From positions 20,873 to 84,872 of the forward strand of contig JAHFFE010000001.1 of assembly GCA_023248155.1 (NCBI GenBank): a stretch of 64,000 nt of DNA, read 5' to 3'. Origin of the DNA: Candidatus Omnitrophota bacterium (GTDB lineage Bacteria > Omnitrophota > Gorgyraeia > 1-14-0-20-64-10). The translations under genes were made by a program, and so were the position numbers. Each line of letters opens with the position of its first letter. Within the stretch, counting starts at the first letter, position 1. The notes under the pieces were generated by a model. That model searched no databases. It was not told where the DNA came from and saw only the letters and a program-made list of their open reading frames with translations. Positions 34,610-43,493 of this stretch are shown here, piece by piece.

Positions 34610-36055
34610 TTATAACCGGGAAAGCGCATCCACAGCTTCGGCATGGCCCGGATCAAGCGCGATCGCTTTTTGAAACGCCTGTTTGGCTGCGGAGCGATTC
34701 CCCAGGCCCAAATAACACTTGCCGAGCGTTGTAAAAGTTCCGGCATCGTTGCCGCGCACGGCCTGTTTCAGCAGAGGCGCCGCTTCTTTATACCGTTCCT
34801 GTTGGACATACAATTTTCCCAGGCCGGCGTAAGCGGCCCAAATACCCAGGTCCATTTTGATCGCATCCTGATATTCCTGCTCAGCCTGCATATACCGCCC
34901 CCACTGCACATGCACATCGGCCAGTGCCGTGAGCGCTTCGGCATATTCAGGAAAAACTTCCAGCGCCCGCTTAAACTGTTCCTCCGCGGCCAGCCAGTCC
35001 TGCTGCGCGTAATACTTCCGGCCCTCTTCCAAGAAAACAACGGCCCCTTTCCGGTTGTCGAACCGGTTGAGCACCGTCAGTACTTTTTTGACGGTGGGCG
35101 CCTCGGCCACATCATCAATCGCGCGCTGCCCCCGCAAATATTCGGTTACCGTCGTTACCACGCGGATCCGCTCATCATCCACGGGATGCGTGCTGAACAT
35201 CGGCATTCGCAGCAGCGTAAAGGTATCGTATTCTTCCTTGGCTTTTTTGTATTTCTGGGCGGCGGCCCGGCAGCGGTCGTCGCCGCTGCCTTCCGGAATC
35301 GTGGTCGATCCGCAGGCCGATTCCATTTCGTATTTGGCTTCCTGCAGTTTGCTTTCCAGTTTTTGTTTTTGTTCCTCGTCCTTTTTCATCGACCGCTTGA
35401 AGAACCGGATCAACCCCTCCGGATCGTACCCGGCATGGTACGCATCAATCGTGCCGAGAATATCGGCTTCGCGCTCATGCTCGCGCGAATAGGCCGTGAT
35501 CATCATCACAGCGCCGACAGCGGCCATATTGCCGGCATCTTTGTTTTTAGAAAACGCGCCAATCGCCAAAGCCCCCACCTGTCCAAGCAGTTGCGGCAAT
35601 GCCGACCGGCTCTGGTGCCCCGCGTCGACATGACCCAGCTCGTGCGCGAGAATACCAGCCAGTTCGTCGTCGTTCTCCACTTCTTTCAAAAGCTGCGAAA
35701 ACACATACACATACTCGCCGCCGGCGACAAACGCGTTGACCTGTTCCGACTGCAAAATGCGGACGGTTGGATGCAGCTGTTTCTTGTGAACGAACGGGAG
35801 CAGCCGCGCGACGATTGCTTCGGTGCGCGCTTTGGCCGCCGGATCATCGGCCTCCTTAAACTCTTTCATTACTTCCTTGTCAAATTCCTGGACGTTCTTT
35901 CTCTGGGCCTCGGTCAGCTCCTTGCCCAACTCTCGCTCGAGTGCCAGCGGATGAAGATCCATCGCCACCATCATTTCGCGGCGGGCATAGGCCGTGCATC
36001 CTGACGACAACGGTAAAATGGCAAGCAAAACAGCCCAGACAATTTTTTTATGCAC
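34610..36055 (-). CDS. M48-family Zn-metallopeptidase lipoprotein with C-terminal TPR repeats (BepA-like)
   Basis: LSSGC lipobox, HELGHV zincin motif and C-terminal TPR-like repeats (YAEALTALADVHVQWGRYMQAEQEYQDAIKMD...). Confidence 0.75.
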   Translation of the reverse strand: MHKKIVWAVLLAILPLSSGCTAYARREMMVAMDLHPLALERELGKELTEAQRKNVQEFDKEVMKEFKEADDPAAKARTEAIVARLLPFVHKKQLHPTVRILQSEQVNAFVAGGEYVYVFSQLLKEVENDDELAGILAHELGHVDAGHQSRSALPQLLGQVGALAIGAFSKNKDAGNMAAVGAVMMITAYSREHEREADILGTIDAYHAGYDPEGLIRFFKRSMKKDEEQKQKLESKLQEAKYEMESACGSTTIPEGSGDDRCRAAAQKYKKAKEEYDTFTLLRMPMFSTHPVDDERIRVVTTVTEYLRGQRAIDDVAEAPTVKKVLTVLNRFDNRKGAVVFLEEGRKYYAQQDWLAAEEQFKRALEVFPEYAEALTALADVHVQWGRYMQAEQEYQDAIKMDLGIWAAYAGLGKLYVQQERYKEAAPLLKQAVRGNDAGTFTTLGKCYLGLGNRSAAKQAFQKAIALDPGHAEAVDALSRL

Positions 36056-36635
36056 GCGCCTTATCCTTTCGTTTCTGTTGATAGCGGAAACAATCGATCA
36101 GGTGATCATCCACCATGCCGGCAGCCTGCATGAACGCATAACAGATCGTCGAGCCGACGAATCGGAAACCGCGTTGTTTCAATTCCTTGCTCATCCGGTC
36201 GGAAACTCCGGTGCGGGCCGGAATCTGTTTCATCGTTTTCCAGCGGTTGCGCTGAGTTTTTCCGCCGGCCAAGTCCCAGATATACCGGTCGAATGAACCG
36301 AATTCATTCTGCATTTTCAGAAATACATGCGCATTCGAAACGGTTGATTCTATTTTAAGCCGGTTGCGGATAATTTCAGTGTTTTTCAGAAGCGTCTGGA
36401 TCTTTTTGCGGTCGTAGCGGGCGATTTTGCGGGCATCAAAATGGTCGAACGCTTGGTGGAACGCGGCGCGCTTCTTCAGCACAATCCACCAGCTTAAGCC
36501 CGCCTGCATCGCGTCGAGCACCAGAAATTCAAACAGCTTACGGTCATCATGCAGAGGAACGCCCCACTCGGTATCGTGGTATTGCTGCATCAGTTCAGGT
36601 TGGCGCGCCCAATCACACCGCAGTTTCGTTTTCAC
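36048..36635 (-). CDS. tag: DNA-3-methyladenine glycosylase I
   Basis: RCDWARQPELMQQYHDTEWGVP...LVLDAMQAGLSWWIVLKKR matches the Tag family, including Cys/His zinc ligands. Confidence 0.8.
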   Translation of the reverse strand: MKTKLRCDWARQPELMQQYHDTEWGVPLHDDRKLFEFLVLDAMQAGLSWWIVLKKRAAFHQAFDHFDARKIARYDRKKIQTLLKNTEIIRNRLKIESTVSNAHVFLKMQNEFGSFDRYIWDLAGGKTQRNRWKTMKQIPARTGVSDRMSKELKQRGFRFVGSTICYAFMQAAGMVDDHLIDCFRYQQKRKDKARA

Positions 36636-36822
36636 AAATGACTATTTTACTGCGCGCAGCCCCTCAGCGATAGAGACCGCTATGAACGCCCCTTGCGGGC
36701 CGGTGCCCGCTGCATGCGAGGAATTCGTGCTTTGCGGACATTTTCACTGGGTGCGCGTTTTTGCTGCAACTTATGTTTTTGCATTTTTTTATCCCCCGAT
36801 GAAATTGCCTTATAATGGTTCT

Positions 36823-37332
36823 ATGGGTGCGCTCAAGCAATCACTGCGTGATCTTCACGGCCACCGGAAAGAAATTCCATTCCTGCTGTTTTTGGCAACG
36901 GGCGTTTTGCTGGCCGGGCTTTCGCTGCCGATTCTGACCGTTGAAAAAACTGTTTTCTGGCGGCATTGGGAAAACCATTATTCGGTTTTCATCGGCATCA
37001 TCGAGCTGGCCAAGGGCGGCGACTGGCTTCTGGCATCCATCCTGTTCTTTTTCTCGATGGTTTTTCCGTTCGCGAAGCTGTTCATGTTGGCCGTCCTCTG
37101 GTATTCGGAGTGGACAAAACAACAACGAGAAAAAGCGCTTCATTGGCTGGGCCTTCTCGGAAAATGGTCGATGCTCGATGTCTTTGTGGTGGCCATCTTC
37201 ATCGTGGCCGCCAAATTAAGAGGCTTAACCGAGGTCCAGCCAAGAATCGGCATCTACATCTTCTGCCTGGCCATCATCCTGTCCATGCTGACGACGATGG
37301 CTATAGAAAAACTGGCCCAGCAGAAAACCTGA
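36823..37332 (+). CDS. PqiA-like (paraquat-inducible protein A family) membrane protein, single domain
   Basis: The start is MGALKQS at 36823. The upstream part of the track ORF overlaps tag and is rejected. Hydrophobic helices and the SMLDVFVVAIF segment resemble PqiA. Confidence 0.5.
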   Translation: MGALKQSLRDLHGHRKEIPFLLFLATGVLLAGLSLPILTVEKTVFWRHWENHYSVFIGIIELAKGGDWLLASILFFFSMVFPFAKLFMLAVLWYSEWTKQQREKALHWLGLLGKWSMLDVFVVAIFIVAAKLRGLTEVQPRIGIYIFCLAIILSMLTTMAIEKLAQQKT

Positions 37333-37344
37333 ACCGTTCGGTTT

Positions 37345-37473
37345 TTATCCGAACAGACCGATGATTCCCACCAGAATCAGATAAATCGCCACGATGTAAT
37401 TCAGCAGATGCGGCATGACCAGAATCAACATGCCCGCAATCAGCGAAGCAACGGGTTGCAGTGTGATATGCAT
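37345..37473 (-). CDS. 42-aa small membrane protein (DUF3096-like)
   Basis: Hand translation MHITLQPVASLIAGMLILVMPHLLNYIVAIYLILVGIIGLFG, with an AAGGAGGA Shine-Dalgarno 8 nt upstream. A GTTCGG/CCGAAC hairpin with a T-run follows. Not in the ORF track. Confidence 0.4.
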   Translation of the reverse strand: MHITLQPVASLIAGMLILVMPHLLNYIVAIYLILVGIIGLFG

Positions 37474-37490
37474 TTTGTGTTCCTCCTTTT

Positions 37491-38057
37491 TTAGCCGGCC
37501 TTGGTCGGATCCAGCGTTGTTAATATCTTTGCCAGATCGTCGGCATGTTCTTCTTCAGACGCCAAAATTCCTTCCAGCATCCGCCGCGTCGTCGGATCAT
37601 TTTCTCCAAGATAACGGATCATTTCCGAGTACGATTCAATGGCGATTCGCTCGGCAACCAAATCTTCCTCGACCATGCTGATCAATGAGTCGCCTTCTTT
37701 GTACTCCGAATGACTCCGGGTCGTCAGCCCTTCCGGATTAAAATTGGGCTCCCCCTGCAATTGCGTGATGCGCGCAGCGATCTGATCGGCATGGGCTTGT
37801 TCTTCATTGGTATGCTCAAGAAATTCCTGCGCAACCGGCTCGGCATGAATTCCTTGCGCCATATAATAATGACGTTTGTAGCGGAGCACGCAGACAATCT
37901 CCGTGGCCAGCGCTTCATTCAGCAGTCGGAGCACTACATCGCGCTGGGCTTTGTACCCTTCCGTGACGGAACCCTGCTTAATATGCTTGCGCGCGCGAAG
38001 CCTTAACTCTTTGATGTCAGAGAGGAAACCGTTCGTTGTTGGTGTTGTTTTAGACAT
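37491..38057 (-). CDS. bfr: Bacterioferritin / ferritin-like di-iron protein
   Basis: VVLRLLNEALATEIVCVLRYKRHYYMAQG...EEQAHADQIAARI gives the Bfr ferroxidase ligand pattern (E...ExxH...E...ExxH). Confidence 0.7.
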   Translation of the reverse strand: MSKTTPTTNGFLSDIKELRLRARKHIKQGSVTEGYKAQRDVVLRLLNEALATEIVCVLRYKRHYYMAQGIHAEPVAQEFLEHTNEEQAHADQIAARITQLQGEPNFNPEGLTTRSHSEYKEGDSLISMVEEDLVAERIAIESYSEMIRYLGENDPTTRRMLEGILASEEEHADDLAKILTTLDPTKAG

Positions 38058-38068
38058 GACCGGTTCTC

Positions 38069-38311
38069 CTATTTACCCTTTGCCTGAGAACTCTCCGGTA
38101 CCAGCGTCTCTCCGCTGGGGTGAGCCTCTTTCTTGCTGATTAGCCAAGCCTGCGTATCCCACGACCCGCTGGGCCTCAACCCGGCGAGCCGGAGGGAATG
38201 GCCGGACCGTCCCACGTCCTGATATCGGAAGGTGACAAACCCTTCCTTGCCGCGTGTGACGATCCGGTAATATTTTCCCGTTCCCTTTGTTCCCGGCTTC
38301 GCTCGAGGCAT
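38069..38311 (-). CDS. Hypothetical small protein
   Basis: 80 aa and basic (KYYRIVTRGKEGFVTFRYQD). No family recognised. Confidence 0.3.
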   Translation of the reverse strand: MPRAKPGTKGTGKYYRIVTRGKEGFVTFRYQDVGRSGHSLRLAGLRPSGSWDTQAWLISKKEAHPSGETLVPESSQAKGK

Positions 38312-38323
38312 CTGCGTTCCTCC

Positions 38324-38587
38324 TCAGGCCCGCTTGACAACCCCGATGAGGGCCAGCAGCGACACCGCTCCAAACAGCGCCATCAAGAACGCGCCGATCG
38401 AGCTGTAGGTGTAAAGTCCCAATACCCCGAACAACCATCCGCCAAAGACGGCGCCCAGGATACCCACGATAATATCTCCCAGGACTCCAAACCCCCGGCC
38501 CTTCATCAATAGCCCAGCGACCCATCCTGCAAACAACCCAATCAACAGAAACCAGAGCCAGTGCTCAAACCGTTCGGTGTATACCAT
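38324..38587 (-). CDS. GlsB/YeaQ/YmgE-family transglycosylase-associated stress membrane protein
   Basis: WLWFLLIGLFAGWVAGLLMKGRGFGVLGDIIVGILGAVFGGWLFG is the hallmark of this family. The start is taken at MVYTERFEHW. Confidence 0.6.
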   Translation of the reverse strand: MVYTERFEHWLWFLLIGLFAGWVAGLLMKGRGFGVLGDIIVGILGAVFGGWLFGVLGLYTYSSIGAFLMALFGAVSLLALIGVVKRA

Positions 38588-38691
38588 TTTATTTTCCTCC
38601 TTGGTTAAATCTTCTCCATTCCACACAGGATTCTACCCGTCCAAAATGAAGCATTCATTACTTCTGAATTACAGATTCTTTACCTGGACCG

Positions 38692-39264
38692 TTAACGCTT
38701 ATAAGAAACACCTGCCAACCAGGTATCGCTGTCTATTCCGCTGTTGCGCTCATTCGTGCCGCCATTGGAAATATGCGTGCGGCGGTATTCCAGAATCAGC
38801 GCTGTATTTTCCGACATCTGGTAGCGGGTTCCGATTCCGCTCTGAATCAGGAAGTTATAGTCGGATCCGGTCTCCGGCCGGTCAATGTGGCCCCTTACTC
38901 CGCCGAACGCCCCGGTAATATACGGCTGCAAGCGCGAATCGGGATAAAGCGCGTAATTGAATTTTAAAAGGCTGATGCCGTACAGGGGCCGGTTGTAGGG
39001 GGTGTAAATTTCGGCAAAAAACAGTTCCGGATTCCATTCAAATCGCCCGCGGCACCAGGCCGGGCCCGTAGGTTTAGTTAGCGGAACTACTAGGGACGGT
39101 AAAACCGGAATCATCTCGAAACCGGTTGGTTGAGCACTATTTTGCTGAGAGCGGGCATACCCGGCACGCAGCTCCAGCCGCTCGGCGCGTATCGGCCCTT
39201 CCCAGCCGGGAATTAACGATCCCATCAGCAATCCAATCGTCAGCACGATCGAGAAGAAAACCAT
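38692..39264 (-). CDS. Outer-membrane lipid A deacylase PagL-like / acyloxyacyl hydrolase family protein
   Basis: 190 aa with a signal peptide, beta-strand periodicity and a C-terminal HISNGG (HxSN[GA] catalytic His/Ser signature). Confidence 0.45.
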   Translation of the reverse strand: MVFFSIVLTIGLLMGSLIPGWEGPIRAERLELRAGYARSQQNSAQPTGFEMIPVLPSLVVPLTKPTGPAWCRGRFEWNPELFFAEIYTPYNRPLYGISLLKFNYALYPDSRLQPYITGAFGGVRGHIDRPETGSDYNFLIQSGIGTRYQMSENTALILEYRRTHISNGGTNERNSGIDSDTWLAGVSYKR

Positions 39265-39384
39265 GCTTCAACCATACCGGGCGGGGATAACGGAAAAGTG
39301 AATTTGTGATTAAGAATCGTTCATTGAAAATTCATTCAGTTGTAATTTTCATATAGTAGAGTTCAGCGCAGGAGGACTACGACA

Positions 39385-39513
39385 ATGAAACTTTTATATC
39401 GATTGTTTGTTTTAGGGCTGGTGGCGGGAACGCTCGCGGGTTGCTGTGGAAAGACAGTAGTCAAAGAAAGTCCGCAGCCGGTAGTGGTAGAAGAGCATCA
39501 CCACCATTATTAA
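39385..39513 (+). CDS. 42-aa lipoprotein with C-terminal poly-His tail (MKLLYRLFVLGLVAGTLAGCCGKTVVKESPQPVVVEEHHHHY)
   Basis: GCAGGAGGA Shine-Dalgarno upstream, an LAGC lipobox and an HHHHY C-terminus. Not in the ORF track. Confidence 0.4.
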   Translation: MKLLYRLFVLGLVAGTLAGCCGKTVVKESPQPVVVEEHHHHY

Positions 39514-39551
39514 TCGGTAATTGCAAAGAAAAACAAAGGGGGTGATACACC

Positions 39552-39671
39552 ATGGCAAAGAAAAGTCGCGGGGGACGAATGACAGCGGCAAAGAATCGAG
39601 CCGCTAAAAGTCCGGGCGGACATGGACCGGTAAGAAAACGTGCAGCCGGCCGGAACATCATGTCCACCTAA
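39552..39671 (+). CDS. 39-aa basic Arg/Lys-rich small protein (MAKKSRGGRMTAAKNRAAKSPGGHGPVRKRAAGRNIMST)
   Basis: AAAGGGGGTG Shine-Dalgarno upstream. It lies directly after the His-tail lipoprotein ORF and before an intrinsic terminator. Confidence 0.3.
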   Translation: MAKKSRGGRMTAAKNRAAKSPGGHGPVRKRAAGRNIMST

Positions 39672-39704
39672 AACCGATAGAATATTTTTACTGTTTTCAG
39701 CGGT

Positions 39705-39747
39705 GCCGGGTTTGCTGCTAATCAACCAACCCGGCATCTGTTTTTTT
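39705..39747 (+). terminator. Intrinsic terminator after the two plus-strand micro-ORFs
   Basis: Stem GCCGGGTT/AACCCGGC followed by ATCTGTTTTTTT. Confidence 0.5.
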
Positions 39748-39765
39748 AATCAAATTGTGTTCCGT

Positions 39766-40410
39766 TTAGTGGGGCGCCACATACAAGCGGATGGCCAGAT
39801 AATGGCAGATGCTGCCGGCCAACACGAACAAATGCCAAACCGTGTGCGCGAACGGCGTTCTTTTCAGAAAAAATAACGGAACGCCTGCGCTGTAAAGCAG
39901 GCCGCCTGCCACCAGCCAATGGATTCCCGCCATCGGCAGATTTTCCAATAAGGGACGGCCGCCGAGCACAATCAGCCAGCCCATAACCAGATACGACACA
40001 CTCGAAAATATCTGCAGCTTCTCCGCCGGAAAGCACCACAATACAGCGATACCCGCCGCCGCCAAACCCCAAATGACGCCGAACAAAGCCCAGCCCAGCG
40101 GACTACGGATAGAAACCAGCATGAACGGTGTGTAGGTTCCGGCGATCAGCAGATAAATGGCAGACTGGTCGATAATTTCAAATACGCGCTTAACCCGGCC
40201 CCAGACCGCGTGATAAATCAGCGAGGCGGTAAATAGTGTGATCAAGCATGCTCCATAGACGCTGAAGCTGACCACCTGCCAGGCATTACCATGAAGCGCG
40301 GCCGGCACCACCAGCGCAACCAGTCCCACGATGCTTAAAAAAATCCCCACGCCACAAATAGAAACATTCGTGATTTCTTCAGCCGGTGATGGGAAGTTTT
40401 TATTATTCAT
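39766..40410 (-). CDS. Hemolysin III / PAQR-family membrane protein
   Basis: 214 aa with seven TM helices and conserved His positions (LIYHAV, HTVWH, CHY) of the HlyIII family. Confidence 0.8.
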   Translation of the reverse strand: MNNKNFPSPAEEITNVSICGVGIFLSIVGLVALVVPAALHGNAWQVVSFSVYGACLITLFTASLIYHAVWGRVKRVFEIIDQSAIYLLIAGTYTPFMLVSIRSPLGWALFGVIWGLAAAGIAVLWCFPAEKLQIFSSVSYLVMGWLIVLGGRPLLENLPMAGIHWLVAGGLLYSAGVPLFFLKRTPFAHTVWHLFVLAGSICHYLAIRLYVAPH

Positions 40411-40433
40411 GGTTGGTTCAATCCTTGGATTAA

Positions 40434-40507
40434 TGGTTGCCCCGCCTGGATTCGAACCAGGACAAGCAGATCCAGAATCTGCTGTGCTACCGTTACACCA
40501 CAGGGCA
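40434..40507 (-). tRNA. tRNA-Gln (anticodon CUG)
   Basis: Hand-folded cloverleaf: 7-bp acceptor stem (one G-U pair), D-arm, anticodon stem GCAGA/TCTGC with loop TTCTGGA (anticodon CTG), perfect T-stem CCTGG/CCAGG with TTCGAAT loop, and an encoded CCA. Confidence 0.8.
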
Positions 40508-40533
40508 ATAAAGGGGGAGGAAAGGTTATTTTA

Positions 40534-41847
40534 TCATAAAGCGCAGAGGGTCGAGGCGGCGCTTTTAAGGCGGGGAATGGTCCGGTCCCGCCCGGCTACT
40601 TCTAAAATATGGAACAAGCTGGGGCCTACGGAACGGCCGGTGACCGCCACGCGCGTCGGGTGAATTAAATCGGCCGCTTTAAGGCCCAGCTCGGTGGCCA
40701 GCGCGCGGCAGGCCGCTTCAATTCCAGCGGTATCCCATTTTGGCAGCGCTTCCAGCTTGGCGGCATATTTCGTGAGCCGCTCGGCCACGCCCGGCTGTTT
40801 TAACCGCAGCGCGACGGCCTCGGGATCGAATGGAATTTCATCGGTGAACAGTCCGCGTGTCTGTTTGCAAAAATCTTCAACCGTTTCAATGCGCGTTTTG
40901 TACAGCTCGACCACCTGCGCAACCCAGGCCGGATCCAGCGTGCCATTTAACCAGCCATGCGCATTCAGCGCTTCTTTGGCCAGCGGCAGCAGCTGCTCAA
41001 TCGGCATCTTCTGCAAATACTGGCTGTTCATCCAGGACAGTTTGGTCAAATCAAACATGGCGCCGGTCTTGCCGATCCGTTTTAAATCAAACTCTTTGAT
41101 AATTTCTTCGATTGGCAGAATTTCGCGGTCCCCGCCGGGCGACCAGCCGAGCAGCGACAAAAAGTTGACCATCGCGTCGGGCAGATAGCCGGCATTTTTG
41201 TATTCCTGAATGCTGGTGGCGCCATGCCGCTTAGAGAGGCGTGACCGGTCGGTACCCAAAATCAGCGGGATATGGACGAATTTCGGAATCGGCAGATTCA
41301 TCGTCTGATACAGCAAAATCTGCTTGGGTGTGTTCGAGATATGGTCGTCGCCGCGGATCACATGGGTAATGCCGAAATCGGAATCATCAATGACACAGGC
41401 GAAATTGTAGGTCGGCATGCCGTCGGATTTAATCAACACCTGGTCTTTAATATCCAGCGTGTTGAACTGCACCGGGCCATGCACCACATCGTCGAACGAA
41501 ATGATCTGGCCGGGGGTTACCTTGAAAATGATCGCTTCCCCGTCTTTATAGGCCACGCCGCGCTGTAAAAGCTCCTCGGCTTTGGCCCGGTATTTTTCGA
41601 GGCGTTTGCTCTGATACTCGAGCGTGGTATTGTCCCAGTTCAAGCCGAGCCATTTCAGCGAAGCAATGATCTCTTCTAAAAACTCCGGTTTGGAGCGGAT
41701 CAGGTCGGTATCTTCGACGCGCAGAAAAAACTGCCCACCCTCGTGGCGCGCGAATAGCCAGTTGAACAACGCGGTGCGGGCCGAGCCGACATGCAAATAG
41801 CCGGTCGGACTGGGAGCAAAACGGACTTTAACCATCCGCATAATCAC
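40534..41847 (-). CDS. gltX: Glutamate--tRNA ligase
   Basis: N-terminus VRFAPSPTGYLHVGSARTALFNW (HIGH-class motif) and KLSKR as the KMSKS motif. Confidence 0.9.
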   Translation of the reverse strand: MIMRMVKVRFAPSPTGYLHVGSARTALFNWLFARHEGGQFFLRVEDTDLIRSKPEFLEEIIASLKWLGLNWDNTTLEYQSKRLEKYRAKAEELLQRGVAYKDGEAIIFKVTPGQIISFDDVVHGPVQFNTLDIKDQVLIKSDGMPTYNFACVIDDSDFGITHVIRGDDHISNTPKQILLYQTMNLPIPKFVHIPLILGTDRSRLSKRHGATSIQEYKNAGYLPDAMVNFLSLLGWSPGGDREILPIEEIIKEFDLKRIGKTGAMFDLTKLSWMNSQYLQKMPIEQLLPLAKEALNAHGWLNGTLDPAWVAQVVELYKTRIETVEDFCKQTRGLFTDEIPFDPEAVALRLKQPGVAERLTKYAAKLEALPKWDTAGIEAACRALATELGLKAADLIHPTRVAVTGRSVGPSLFHILEVAGRDRTIPRLKSAASTLCAL

Positions 41848-42109
41848 CCGACGAAGTTTCGCGTAATCGCTCGCGCACTTCGTCGAACAAACGCGCGTCG
41901 GCTTTGGCGCCCGATGATTTCACGAGCACTTCCACCTTTTTGGCGGCCGTGTCGAGCTGTTTGCGGCACTCGCGCACCAGCGCGACGCCTTCCTCAAAAT
42001 GTTTGAGGCGGGCTTCCAATGAAAGATCGGTTTCCTGCAATTTGCCGACGATCTCTTCGAGCCGTTCGAGCGCTCCTTCAAATGATCCTGATTTATTTTT
42101 GGATGCCAT
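41828..42109 (-). CDS. xseB: Exodeoxyribonuclease VII small subunit
   Basis: 93 aa. FEGALERLEEIVGKLQETDLSLEARLKHFEEGVALVRECRKQL matches XseB. Confidence 0.8.
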   Translation of the reverse strand: MASKNKSGSFEGALERLEEIVGKLQETDLSLEARLKHFEEGVALVRECRKQLDTAAKKVEVLVKSSGAKADARLFDEVRERLRETSSGDYADG

Positions 42110-42122
42110 GGGATTTAGTTCC

Positions 42123-43493
42123 TTACTCCGGTTCTATTGATTCTACACGACTGATCAGCTGCCCGCGATGAAGTTTTGTCCGGATCGATTCACCGGCGCT
42201 CAGCTGCTTGGCTTCGCGCACGATCTTGCCGTTCTCGTCGAAGGTGATCGAATAGCCGCGATTCAAAACGGCCAGCGGACTGAGCGCATGCAGGCGGCCG
42301 GCGAAACCCTGAACGCTGTCGATGTCATTGACCAGCGACCGGACGATCCCCTGCGTTAAATAGACCTGTGCCACGTTCAGCCGTTCCTGCTCCTGCGCGA
42401 TCCAGGCCTGCGGCGAACAGAGCTTGAGTTGTTCTTCCAGGCCTTCCAGCTGGCTGACTGCTTCCAATAACGGCGCGCGCAGTTCCCGGATTAAATCTTC
42501 TTCGATCTGATCGAGCGGTTCTTTTTGTTCGAGCAGCCACTCATCGAACCGTCCAAACACGGGATCTTCGAGAACAACGCGCAAACGGTCGAGACAAATG
42601 CGGCGCTGCGCCAGCACCATTTCGGCGGCGCGCGTCGGCGTGGGTGCGCGCAAATCAGCTACCAGGTCGGAAATCGAAACATCTTTCTCGTGGCCGACCG
42701 CAGAAATAACCGGAAGCTTGGAGGCGGCTACGGCCCGCGCGACGATCTCTTCATTGAACGCCCATAAATCTTCCAAAGAACCGCCGCCCCGGCCGACGAT
42801 AATCAGATCCAGATTGCCCAGCGCGTTGAGCTGCTCGATGCCGCGCACGATCGCTTCGGCAGCACCCTGCCCCTGCACGCGCGCCGGGCAAAGTGTCACG
42901 CTCACCTGTCCGCGCAGAACTTTCAGCATGTCGTCGATCGCAGCACCGGTCGGCGAGGTCACGATACCGATCCGTTCCGGGAAAAGCGGCAGCGGCCGTT
43001 TCCGTTCTTCGGCGAACAGGCCGTCCTGCTGTAATTTTTCTTTCAGCTGTTCAAACGCCAGCTGCAGCGCGCCGATCCCCTTGGGTTCCATCGCCCAGAC
43101 GATAAATTTTACATCGCCGCGCGGCGGATAAAATTCCGGCTTGCCGCAACAGATCACTTTCATTCCCTGCTCGGGCCGAAACGGCAGCTTCTGAAAATTT
43201 TCGCGCCAGATCACCGACTTCAACGAAGCGCCGGCATCTTTTAGATCAAACCAGCAGTGGCCGCTCGGATAAATTTTCGGGTCGGACAGTTCACCCTCAA
43301 CCCAGACCGACTGCGGAAAGGTATCCTCGAAAATTCCTTTGATCCGGTTGGACAGCTGGGAAACCGTGTAGATTTTTCGGGCTGAGGAAGAATCGGTGTT
43401 CTGAAACGGATCATTCGCTGCGGGATCGGCCGGTTTTTCCGGAGGGCGATCGCCCCGGCCAAAATTTTGCAGCGAGTACGGACGGATCCGCAC
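42123..43493 (-). CDS. xseA: Exodeoxyribonuclease VII large subunit
   Basis: 456 aa with an OB-fold N-terminus, the catalytic core (GRGGGSLEDLWAFN) and a coiled-coil C-terminus. Confidence 0.85.
   Translation of the reverse strand: MRIRPYSLQNFGRGDRPPEKPADPAANDPFQNTDSSSARKIYTVSQLSNRIKGIFEDTFPQSVWVEGELSDPKIYPSGHCWFDLKDAGASLKSVIWRENFQKLPFRPEQGMKVICCGKPEFYPPRGDVKFIVWAMEPKGIGALQLAFEQLKEKLQQDGLFAEERKRPLPLFPERIGIVTSPTGAAIDDMLKVLRGQVSVTLCPARVQGQGAAEAIVRGIEQLNALGNLDLIIVGRGGGSLEDLWAFNEEIVARAVAASKLPVISAVGHEKDVSISDLVADLRAPTPTRAAEMVLAQRRICLDRLRVVLEDPVFGRFDEWLLEQKEPLDQIEEDLIRELRAPLLEAVSQLEGLEEQLKLCSPQAWIAQEQERLNVAQVYLTQGIVRSLVNDIDSVQGFAGRLHALSPLAVLNRGYSITFDENGKIVREAKQLSAGESIRTKLHRGQLISRVESIEPE

Noticed and set aside
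34643-36004. 453-aa plus-strand ORF
   Set aside because: It is antisense to the BepA-like M48 peptidase (HELGHV on the minus strand). Its translation has no recognisable motifs.
36427-36822. N-terminal 130 aa of track ORF 36427-37332
   Set aside because: It overlaps the tag gene on the opposite strand. The membrane protein is far more plausible starting at MGALKQS (36823), which also leaves a divergent promoter region.
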